Assembly: GCA_965207075.1 (NCBI GenBank)
Contig: CBDBLO010000002.1
Span: 864,001-928,000, forward strand
Origin: Nitrosopumilus sp.
Lineage (GTDB): Archaea; Thermoproteota; Nitrososphaeria; Nitrososphaerales; Nitrosopumilaceae
Length of the DNA: 64,000 nucleotides
Direction: 5' to 3'
The translations under genes were made by a program, and so were the position numbers. The notes under the pieces are model-generated. The model had not been told where the DNA came from, did no database searches, and was given only the letters and a program-made list of their open reading frames with translations. Positions 49,872-58,605 of this stretch are shown here, in pieces. Position 1 is the stretch's first letter. Each line of letters starts with the position of its first letter.

Positions 49872-50834
49872 CTACTGGGACGCTGCGGATCCGCCATAGC
49901 GGGCGGTCAGAACACCATACCGCTTGCCTCTAAGCAGCATGACTGATGCCAGCATTACTCCAGCAACTGCGGCCATTACGGCTATCATGTGCTCGAACTC
50001 TGGCACCGCATACGTCCCTATTATGGCGATCTCTGAATCGCCCTCCAGAAAGTCGATTGTAATCTCCCTTGAAGTCTGTCCGGGAGATGACTCGTCGTAT
50101 GCGGTCTCCACGTCGTCGATCAGAACTATAAAGATCTCGTCCGTGGTGCTGGATCCGTCTGTCCTCTCGGCCCCTATGTACTTGCGCGGCAGTTCCATGG
50201 TGATAGAGCCGCCACTGCTGCCGGTCACGCTGATGTCTACTAGGAGCGTAAAGTCCCTCCAGTCGAGCGTCATGTCCTCCACCGTGCCGCCGGTTATGAC
50301 GTACTTTACATCAAACGTCTCGCTTCCCGCGTCCACCTCTGTGCTCCCAGTTATCACCTCTGAGCTGCCGCCCGGCACGCCGGTCCCTGGCACGATGGTG
50401 AACTCTGTAGTGGCCTTGCCGTCAGGGCCATATCTGACACTCACCTCGTACTCTCCGGGCTTTGCCCATTTTGCGCCCTCGGTCTTTACTATATCCCAGT
50501 ACGAGTTGTCGCCTGCCGGCGTAATCTGGTTTATGTAGACGGGGTTGACGTCCGTGAATACCTGCAGTATTATCGGCGTGTCTATGACATTGGTCGCAAT
50601 CTTGCCTGATATTATGATGGCATCCCCGTTCCTGTATTCGGCCCTGTCAGTGGTCACTGTTACGATCTGATTCTGCGGGGCTATCTGGCGCGTCCCGCTT
50701 TCGTCTCCCTCCTCCTGCGCGGCCGCGTCTGAGACCGTCCAGACTGCCGGAGCCGCGGCGCCAATCGCTGCTGCCGCCACCAGCACCACCATAAAAAAAC
50801 GCCGTGCATCCCACCGCAGAGTCATCCCGCTCAC
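49872..50834 (-). CDS. PEFG-CTERM-type surface protein (PEFE variant)
   Basis: Signal peptide, Ig-like domain, I.IIGTYAVPEFE + TM + basic tail. Confidence 0.88.
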   Translation of the reverse strand: MSGMTLRWDARRFFMVVLVAAAAIGAAAPAVWTVSDAAAQEEGDESGTRQIAPQNQIVTVTTDRAEYRNGDAIIISGKIATNVIDTPIILQVFTDVNPVYINQITPAGDNSYWDIVKTEGAKWAKPGEYEVSVRYGPDGKATTEFTIVPGTGVPGGSSEVITGSTEVDAGSETFDVKYVITGGTVEDMTLDWRDFTLLVDISVTGSSGGSITMELPRKYIGAERTDGSSTTDEIFIVLIDDVETAYDESSPGQTSREITIDFLEGDSEIAIIGTYAVPEFEHMIAVMAAVAGVMLASVMLLRGKRYGVLTARYGGSAASQ

Positions 50835-50959
50835 TAAGTTCGTATATACTCATTACTATTTAAAAGAAGTAATGCCGGCCTGCGCGGAGGTCGGCCTGCA
50901 CACACGTGCCTTTGGCCAGCACGCGCCGCCAATAATAAAAAATGAAAAATGCCGTCTTT

Positions 50960-51880
50960 CTAGAGCCTCGGCGCAATTATGCTTAGCCTTGATCTTGCAG
51001 ACACTACTATCACTGAGACAATGGCGACTGCCAGTATCATGGCCGCGATGGTACCGAACTCTGGTATGACATGCGTGCCGATCACCTCTATCACCTCTGT
51101 CTCGGGGCCGAATTCTACTGTGATCGTACCGTCTTCGCCGATCATATAGTCGTCAGACTCCTCGTTGTCCACCAGAACCATGAAGACCCCGTCGATGACC
51201 TCGCTGGAGGGCATGAGCACGAGCGTTCCGTCGCCGGACGCCTCGATCATAATGACAAGCGAATTGTCCTCGGTGTTGGCGCTTATGCCGGTTACCGTTC
51301 CGCCCTCAATGGAGTATGGGAGGCACGCGTCCATGACTGTCAGCTCATTTGCTGCGCACTCCCCGTCCCCTGCCATCACCTCGTCCATGGCCAGTACGGG
51401 ATTGCCGGTACCGCCTACGAGCTCGATGTGGATCCTGTTTGAGTTGTGGCCCTGCTGAACCTTTATGGTGTAGACACCGTCTGACGCCCACAGCCTGCTT
51501 GCGGTGTTGAGGGCCACCTCGAACGTGTTGTCATCCTTGACATCGATCTGATCGATAGTAACCACGCTTCCGATTGCGTTCCTCACCATGACGGTGACCT
51601 GGGGCATGCTCCCGGTGCCTGCCACGCTGGGATTGGATACGTATCCACTAAGCGTTACTATCTCGTCGTGGCCGTACACTTCCTTGTCAGTCCATACTGA
51701 TATGGGGACTGACCTTAGCAGGTGCTCTTCTGCAACTGCAATGGAATCTTCAGCACTGCAACCCACGCATGCTTCTGGAAGGCCCTGGTTCTCGAACTCT
51801 TGGGCATGCGCTGATGATATGGTTATGGTACTGACTACTGCCAAAACGACCAGTAGCGCTAAAGATGCACTGATATTCAT
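50960..51880 (-). CDS. PEFG-CTERM surface protein
   Basis: Signal peptide, IEVIGTHVIPEFGTIA + TM + SARSRL. Confidence 0.92.
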   Translation of the reverse strand: MNISASLALLVVLAVVSTITISSAHAQEFENQGLPEACVGCSAEDSIAVAEEHLLRSVPISVWTDKEVYGHDEIVTLSGYVSNPSVAGTGSMPQVTVMVRNAIGSVVTIDQIDVKDDNTFEVALNTASRLWASDGVYTIKVQQGHNSNRIHIELVGGTGNPVLAMDEVMAGDGECAANELTVMDACLPYSIEGGTVTGISANTEDNSLVIMIEASGDGTLVLMPSSEVIDGVFMVLVDNEESDDYMIGEDGTITVEFGPETEVIEVIGTHVIPEFGTIAAMILAVAIVSVIVVSARSRLSIIAPRL

Positions 51881-51938
51881 CTTGATGGGATCTGCACCTC
51901 TCACTATTTATATATTTAAAAAGTAAAAAATTGTCCCT

Positions 51939-52820
51939 TTACTGCCCGGCGACGATGCTGAGTCTTGATCTCGCCGACACGACAATTACGGATACTATGG
52001 CCACTGCAAGTATCATGGCGGCGATGGCGCCAAACTCTGGCACTACTACGCCGTCTGCAATGTCCACCTCGGCAGACGCCGTGTACAACGGATCATCGTT
52101 CTGCTGTGCAGTTACCGTGTACATGCCGTCGCTCTTCCAGAGGTTGCCGCCCGTGATGATGATTGCATCATACATGCCGTCCAAGTTGGCCGTGGCCTGC
52201 TCTACCGTCACGACGTTGCCGTTTGGAGCCGTTACGGTCAGGGTTATGTCCTCGTTGAGCTTGTCCGTCATTCCAGTCACCATGATGGTGTTCGAGCCTA
52301 TCTCTCCGGTAGCCTCTATGGTAATTCCGGTCGGCTCGCGCATGCTGGCGGTCGTGTCATATACCATGAGCTTTTCAAGGTTCCCGTCTGTCATAGCGGT
52401 GGACTGGGCTGCCCCGCCGACGATCATTACTGGCAGGGACACCCTGTACTGGGAGGTCTCTGCGCTGATCCCGCCTGACGCCGTGACCGTGTACAGTCCG
52501 TCGGCCTTCCACAGCTGGCTGTCCGGATCGATGACAAACGACGTCTCAAACACGCCGTTGCCGTCTGGAGTGACCTGATCCACGCTGACCACGTTGAGGC
52601 CGTTAGGCGACGTTACGGTAAATGTAATGTCAGTCGGCATGGATTTTACTATGGTGCCCATGACCATAATGGTGTCCGATCCCTCGTCGGCCATCACCGT
52701 CATCTCGATTCCTTGCCCGTCGCTCTGTGCAAGGGCGGCCTGTTGCTGGGCCGGCATCGTTGCCAAAAGCGATACTGCAAGTAACGCTACTGTTATAGAC
52801 GTTAGTGAGCCTGCGTTCAT
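51939..52820 (-). CDS. PEFG-CTERM surface protein with two Ig-like repeats
   Basis: Two I.V.G...DIT.TVT.PNG.VV.V.Q...LWK.DG.YTVTA units; VVPEFG + TM. Confidence 0.92.
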   Translation of the reverse strand: MNAGSLTSITVALLAVSLLATMPAQQQAALAQSDGQGIEMTVMADEGSDTIMVMGTIVKSMPTDITFTVTSPNGLNVVSVDQVTPDGNGVFETSFVIDPDSQLWKADGLYTVTASGGISAETSQYRVSLPVMIVGGAAQSTAMTDGNLEKLMVYDTTASMREPTGITIEATGEIGSNTIMVTGMTDKLNEDITLTVTAPNGNVVTVEQATANLDGMYDAIIITGGNLWKSDGMYTVTAQQNDDPLYTASAEVDIADGVVVPEFGAIAAMILAVAIVSVIVVSARSRLSIVAGQ

Positions 52821-53838
52821 TGAATATTCAATCTTGCATTGTTATTTATGTATTTAAAAATTTCAGTGGCGCCACGCGGCACTCCTGCCTGCATTATGAT
52901 CCTGCTGACCGTACGGGCGCCACGCCCGTACCGGATCGCTACCGTGGGTGCGATCTGTCCCGATGCCCCGAGATCGCCCGGATCTGGCATTGGTGCCGCC
53001 ACCCGCGCGATCAGGGCCCGCGCCAGCACCGATCGGATACGATCATCTGCGCTGCATGGCCGCCTTTCCTCCCACACAAGCTTCCTCTCCTGCCGTATGC
53101 GCGGACCGTGACGGCCACCGCCACCGCCACCGCCACTACCGCTACTGGGAATACTCCCCCCGATCGCACGTGCCCTCATCCAAGCACGCGGAACCTGTTG
53201 CAGGCGCGCCCTGGCCGATGAGCTGTGGACTCGCACCGGCATTCTCACTACCTGGCATGCCGGTATGACAGACGCGCCCCAATCCCCCAATCCCTGATCC
53301 TCTTGCCGCTTGCGCTGCCGTCAACTCTGGGACACGCGGCCACCTTTTGCTTGGTTCGGTGCCTGCAAAGACATATGCCGCGGCGCCGGCTGGCCTTGTG
53401 AGGGCGACGGCCGCTTTGTCGATCGTGCCGCCACCGTACGGCCCCGTAAGCTCGTCTGTGCGTATGTCGCGCTGGTTGGATTGGGATCGGAATTGGAACC
53501 GGGATAACGTGCTAGGCTCCGGATGCTGGACCGGTACACGGCGGCGCAAGACTTGTTTGGCGGCGGCGCACGTGACGGCCGCCAAGTCCTACAACTTGAC
53601 GCTCGGTGTGCATTCGACACCGGACTGAATCGAGGCGCGCCCCGGCCGGGGGAGAATTCCTAATCCGTGATTGGCGCGCCCCGGCTCGCCCTGTTGTGCT
53701 TCATGTGCGAGCGCTGCGAGATCTCGCGCGGCTGTCCGCGATTGCCACTTGGTCATAACGTGCGGTGATCAAGGCGATCGTCCTGCGCAGCCCGTCTTGC
53801 GGCGCGGTGGGTAGCGGCCGCTCGCATCCTGCCGCACA

Positions 53839-53870
53839 GAAAAATAACAAACAAAAAAGAAAAAAAGAAT
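53839..53870 (-). terminator. Probable oligo-T terminator
   Basis: gaaaaataacaaacaaaaaagaaaaaaagaat directly downstream of the 53878 stop on - strand. Confidence 0.55.
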
Positions 53871-53877
53871 ATGACTA

Positions 53878-54753
53878 CTACAGCTTGGGGGCCATTATGC
53901 TAAGTCTGGACCTTGATGATACGACTATTGTCGCGACTATTGCGACTGCCAGTATCATCACTGCAATGACGCCGAACTCTGGAACAACCCAAGTGCCGAT
54001 TATCTCTATAATCTCAGCTCCGTACTCGAACTCTATGGTCACGGTCCTGCTCGTCTCCGTCGTATCCACGTCGAACTCGCGCTCCTCGCCGTCGATCAGG
54101 ATGAACAGGTCGCTGTCCTCGTCGCCCTCCATGGACTCTAGTATGGTCCTTGGGATGGTCATGGTCAGAACCCCGTCGTCGGTGGACTCTATGGTTATGA
54201 CCAACGAGTTTGACTCTACGTCGGGTACCACGCTGAGGATCTTTCCGCCCGTTATCTCGTAGGAGATGGTGTCGTCGGTGCCCTCCATGGTTATGGTGTC
54301 GTCACCAATGTTGGCCGCCACGCCGGGTCGTTCTGCGGGATCCATTGGATCCTCCCTTTCAGCCGCAATGAACTCGAACGTTGTGGTGGCCTCTACCGTC
54401 ATTATGGATCCGTACTGGGCGTTTACCGTGTACGTGCCGTCCCTGTTCATAGTGCCTCCCGCCTTTATCTCCGCCTCGAAGGTGCCGTCCCTGTTAACCG
54501 TGGACTGTGCGACCCCCGCGATGTTCTGGGAGTCGTCTGGCCCTACTATCTGTATGGTGACATCCCCGTCGCCGGACCTTGCCACTGCACCGCTTATCAT
54601 TATCGTGTCGCCCTCGTTGTACGTGGGCTTGTCGACTGAAACGGTGATTGGCTGGCTTATGTCGCCCATCATCTGTTGTCCGTATATTGGTGCGGTACTC
54701 AGACTGGCAATCATAATTGCAGAGAGAGCAAGCACCGATAGCTGGGTTTTCAT
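53878..54753 (-). CDS. PEFG-CTERM surface protein
   Basis: Signal peptide, Ig-like domain, IEIIGTWVVPEFG + TM + SRSRL. Confidence 0.92.
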   Translation of the reverse strand: MKTQLSVLALSAIMIASLSTAPIYGQQMMGDISQPITVSVDKPTYNEGDTIMISGAVARSGDGDVTIQIVGPDDSQNIAGVAQSTVNRDGTFEAEIKAGGTMNRDGTYTVNAQYGSIMTVEATTTFEFIAAEREDPMDPAERPGVAANIGDDTITMEGTDDTISYEITGGKILSVVPDVESNSLVITIESTDDGVLTMTIPRTILESMEGDEDSDLFILIDGEEREFDVDTTETSRTVTIEFEYGAEIIEIIGTWVVPEFGVIAVMILAVAIVATIVVSSRSRLSIMAPKL

Positions 54754-54979
54754 ATACTTTACGCTCAGCCAGCTGTGCTAATTAATTCTTGTGAAAAATA
54801 TTCTTGACAAAAGAGCAAAAAATACTAAATCAACTCGTTCCTGCGATCGTGCGCGCATGAGTCCCGTGACGGCTGCCCGGGGCTGTCTACGTATATATTA
54901 GTCGTTACTTGACGCATGACTGCTTGTCTGTGTGTGCTATTCCTACAGCTAATGTTATTGTTCGTTGTGCTGGGCGGAG

Positions 54980-55240
54980 GTGCCTGGATTAGCCACCAAG
55001 AAGAGCCCCATTCTGGTGCCCGACCACGTCTACGTTCCAAAGCACGAGATAATCTCAAAGGAGGAAGCCGAGCGGATCCTTGCAAAGTACAACTGCAAGC
55101 CAACCGAGCTTCCCCTCATATTCGTCAGCGATCCGGCCATAATGGAGCTCGGGGTAAAGCCCGGTGACATGATAAGGATTACGAGGCGCAGCCCTACTGC
55201 AGGTGAGAGCATCTATTACAGATACGTGGTGGAGGCATAG
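54980..55240 (+). CDS. rpoH: RNA polymerase subunit Rpo5 (H); start codon ambiguous
   Basis: HVYVPKHEI, LPLI...DPA...LG.KPGD.I.ITR.SPTAG..YYRYVV. Confidence 0.96.
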   Translation: MPGLATKKSPILVPDHVYVPKHEIISKEEAERILAKYNCKPTELPLIFVSDPAIMELGVKPGDMIRITRRSPTAGESIYYRYVVEA

Positions 55241-58200
55241 TGGCGGACCCATCAATGAAGCGGTGGCCCATCATCGAGGACATCCTCAAGAGGGAGGGCA
55301 TTGCCAGGCAGCACCTCAACTCGTTTGACGAGTTCTTCGAGCACGGACTGCAGAGCATCATAGACGAGGTCGGGCACGTCGAGATCGAGAACGCCGAGTA
55401 CCCGTACAAGATACAGCTTGGAAAGATAAAGATAGAGAGGCCCCGGATGATGGAGCTTGACGGCTCCATCACGCACAGCTCGCCGGCCGAGGCCCGGCTG
55501 CGCAACGTCTCGTATGCGGCGCCCGTGATGATGGAGGCCAGGGTGGTGGAGGACAACAAGACGCTCGAGTCGCGCTTTGTGCACATCGGCGACGTGCCGG
55601 TAATGATAAAGTCGTCGAAATGCATACTGCGCAACTGCAACGACAGGAAGCTCATCGAGAAGGGCGAGGACAAGAACGACCCCGGCGGGTACTTTGTGAT
55701 AAACGGCTCTGAGCGCGTCATTGTGGGCTTGGAGGATCTCTCCTACAACAAGATCATCGTGGACCGCGAGATGGTGGGCGGAAACACGACCTTCAAGGCA
55801 AAGGTGTACTCGTCCATCGTGGGGTACAGGGCAAAGCTCGAGCTTGTGATGAAAAACGACGGGCTGATAGTGGCCCGCATACCCGGTTCGCCTGTCGACA
55901 TTCCCGTCATCACCCTCATACGCGCCCTCGGGCTAGAGTCCGACAAGGAGATCGCCGGAGTAGTCTCGCTAGTCGAGAAGGTCCAGGACGAGCTGGAGGC
56001 CTCCTTTGAGAAGTCCGGCGACGTGTCCACGTCAAAGGACGCCATAGTATACATCAGCAAGCGGATCGCGCCGGGGATGCTCGAGGAGTTCCAGATAAAG
56101 CGCGCCGAGACGCTTCTTGACTGGGGACTCCTGCCCCACCTGGGCAAGCACCCTGAGAACCGCAAGGAGAAAGCCCAGTTTCTCGGGGAGGCAGCGTGCA
56201 AGCTGCTGGAGCTAAAGCTGGGGTGGATCGCCCCGGACGACAAGGACCACTACGGCAACAAGGTCGTAAAGTTTGCCGGTCAGATGCTTGCGGACCTGTT
56301 CAGGACGGCCTTCAAGAACCTGATACGCGACATGAAGTACCAGCTGGAGCGCTCCGGGCAGAAGCGCGGCATAAACGCCGTCGCGGCCGCAATACGCCCC
56401 GGAATAATAACCGACAAGCTCAACAACGCGATCGCCACCGGCAACTGGGGGCGCGGACGCGTGGGCGTCACGCAGCTGCTCGACCGCACGAACTATCTGT
56501 CCACGATAAGCCACCTGCGCCGCATCCAGTCCCCGCTGAGCAGGACGCAGCCCAACTTTGAGGCCAGGGACCTGCACTCGACGCACTTTGGGCGCATATG
56601 CCCCAGTGAGACGCCGGAGGGCTCCAACTGCGGGCTGGTAAAGAACCTGGCCCTCTCGGGGATAATATCGATAAACGTGCCGTCCGACGAGATAGTCGAG
56701 AAGCTGTACGAGCTGGGCGTGGTGCACTTTTTTGACGCAAAGGAGGACGTCAAGCAGGCCGGCACCCGCATATTCGTGGACGGCAGGCTGATCGGATACT
56801 ACAGGGACGGCGCGGATCTTGCAAGGAACCTCAGGACCATGAGGCGCAGCACAAAGATACACCCGCACGTGGGTGTCTCGTTCCACGATTCGATCGTGGA
56901 GAGCGCCACAAAGCGCCTCTATGTCAACTGCAACGCCGGACGCGTCCTGCGCCCGCTGATAATAGTGGAGAACGGCAGGTCGAGGCTCACGCCGGAACTG
57001 CTTGAGAAGGTGACCGGCCGCACCAAGAACTGGACTGACCTGCTTCACGACGGCGTGCTTGAGCTGGTGGACGCAAACGAGGAGGAAAACTGCTACATTG
57101 CAATGGACGAGGACGCGATTACGGCCGGCAGCGGCGCGGAAGGACACACGCACTTGGAGGTCTTTGCGCCCGCGATACTCGGGGCGGGCGCGTCAATCAT
57201 ACCATACCCGGAGCACAACCAGTCGCCCCGTAACACGTACGAGTCGGCCATGGCAAAGCAGTCGCTGGGATTCTCAACCCCCATGATGAACACCAGCACG
57301 TACGTGCGGCAGCACTTTATGCTGTATCCGCAGACGCCGATCGTAAACACAAAGGCCATGAAACTGCTCGGACTGGAGGACAGGCCGGCGGGCCAGAACT
57401 GCGTGGTGGCGGTGCTTCCGTTTGACGGGTACAACATAGAGGACGCCATCGTGCTGAGCAAGGCGTCCGTGGACCGGGGACTGGGGCGCACGTTCTTTTA
57501 CCGCATATACGACGCGGAGGCAAAGCAGTATCCGGGCGGCGCCCGCGACTCGTTTGAGATACCGAGCGCGGACGACAACATACGCGGCTACAAGGGGGAG
57601 CGCTCCTACAGGCTGTTGGAGGAGGACGGGATAATAGCATCCGAGTCCACGGTAAAGGGCGGCGACATCCTGATCGGCAAGACGTCCCCGCCCCGGTTCA
57701 TGGAGGAGTTCAGGGAGTTTGAGCCCGGCGGCACGTACAGGCGCGACACGTCAGTCGGCATGAGGCCGTCGGAGAACGGGGTGGTCGACACCGTGGTGAT
57801 GACCCAGTCAAACGAGGGCGGGCGCATGTACAAGATCAGGGTCCGCGACATGCGGATCCCGGAGATTGGCGACAAGTTTGCCTCGCGGCACGGGCAGAAG
57901 GGCGTGCTGGGAATACTTGCAAACGCCGAGGATCTGCCGTATACTGCTCAGGGCATGTCACCGGACGTGCTGATCAACCCGCACGCGTTCCCGTCCCGCA
58001 TGACGGTCGGCATGATGATGGAGTCGATATGCGGCAAGTCCGCCGCGCTCCGGGGAAGGCGGTTTGACGGATCCGCCTTCGTGGGGGAGAAGATGGACGA
58101 GGTGAAGGAGGTCATGGACGCGCACGGGTTCAAGTACTCGGGCAAGGAGATGATGTATGACGGGCGCACCGGCAAGGCGTTCCCCGTCGAGGTCTTCATC

Positions 58201-58605
58201 GGTGTCGTATACTATCAGAAGCTGCACCACATGGTGGCCGACAAGATACACGCAAGGGCCAGGGGGCAGGTGCAGATGCTCACAAAGCAGCCGACCGAGG
58301 GCAGGGCCCGCGGAGGCGGCCTGAGGTTCGGCGAGATGGAGCGCGACTGCCTGATTGCGTACGGAGCCTCTATGATACTAAAGGACAGGCTGCTTGACGA
58401 GTCTGACAAGTCCGACGTGTTCGTATGTGAGAGGTGCGGGCTGGTCGCGTACCACGACATGCGGCAGCGAAAGTACGTGTGCCGCGTCTGCGGCGACAAG
58501 GCAAAGGTGTCGTCGGTCTCCGTGGCGTACGCGTTCAAGCTGCTGCTGCAGGAGATGCAGAGCCTCAACGTGGCGCCGCGTCTGCTCATAAAGGAGAGGG
58601 TGTAG
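55240..58605 (+). CDS. rpoB: RNA polymerase subunit Rpo2 (B, unsplit)
   Basis: GGYFVINGSERV, ETPEG.NCGL, GYNIED, GDKFASRHGQKG, GLRFGEMERD. Confidence 0.99.
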   Translation: MADPSMKRWPIIEDILKREGIARQHLNSFDEFFEHGLQSIIDEVGHVEIENAEYPYKIQLGKIKIERPRMMELDGSITHSSPAEARLRNVSYAAPVMMEARVVEDNKTLESRFVHIGDVPVMIKSSKCILRNCNDRKLIEKGEDKNDPGGYFVINGSERVIVGLEDLSYNKIIVDREMVGGNTTFKAKVYSSIVGYRAKLELVMKNDGLIVARIPGSPVDIPVITLIRALGLESDKEIAGVVSLVEKVQDELEASFEKSGDVSTSKDAIVYISKRIAPGMLEEFQIKRAETLLDWGLLPHLGKHPENRKEKAQFLGEAACKLLELKLGWIAPDDKDHYGNKVVKFAGQMLADLFRTAFKNLIRDMKYQLERSGQKRGINAVAAAIRPGIITDKLNNAIATGNWGRGRVGVTQLLDRTNYLSTISHLRRIQSPLSRTQPNFEARDLHSTHFGRICPSETPEGSNCGLVKNLALSGIISINVPSDEIVEKLYELGVVHFFDAKEDVKQAGTRIFVDGRLIGYYRDGADLARNLRTMRRSTKIHPHVGVSFHDSIVESATKRLYVNCNAGRVLRPLIIVENGRSRLTPELLEKVTGRTKNWTDLLHDGVLELVDANEEENCYIAMDEDAITAGSGAEGHTHLEVFAPAILGAGASIIPYPEHNQSPRNTYESAMAKQSLGFSTPMMNTSTYVRQHFMLYPQTPIVNTKAMKLLGLEDRPAGQNCVVAVLPFDGYNIEDAIVLSKASVDRGLGRTFFYRIYDAEAKQYPGGARDSFEIPSADDNIRGYKGERSYRLLEEDGIIASESTVKGGDILIGKTSPPRFMEEFREFEPGGTYRRDTSVGMRPSENGVVDTVVMTQSNEGGRMYKIRVRDMRIPEIGDKFASRHGQKGVLGILANAEDLPYTAQGMSPDVLINPHAFPSRMTVGMMMESICGKSAALRGRRFDGSAFVGEKMDEVKEVMDAHGFKYSGKEMMYDGRTGKAFPVEVFIGVVYYQKLHHMVADKIHARARGQVQMLTKQPTEGRARGGGLRFGEMERDCLIAYGASMILKDRLLDESDKSDVFVCERCGLVAYHDMRQRKYVCRVCGDKAKVSSVSVAYAFKLLLQEMQSLNVAPRLLIKERV

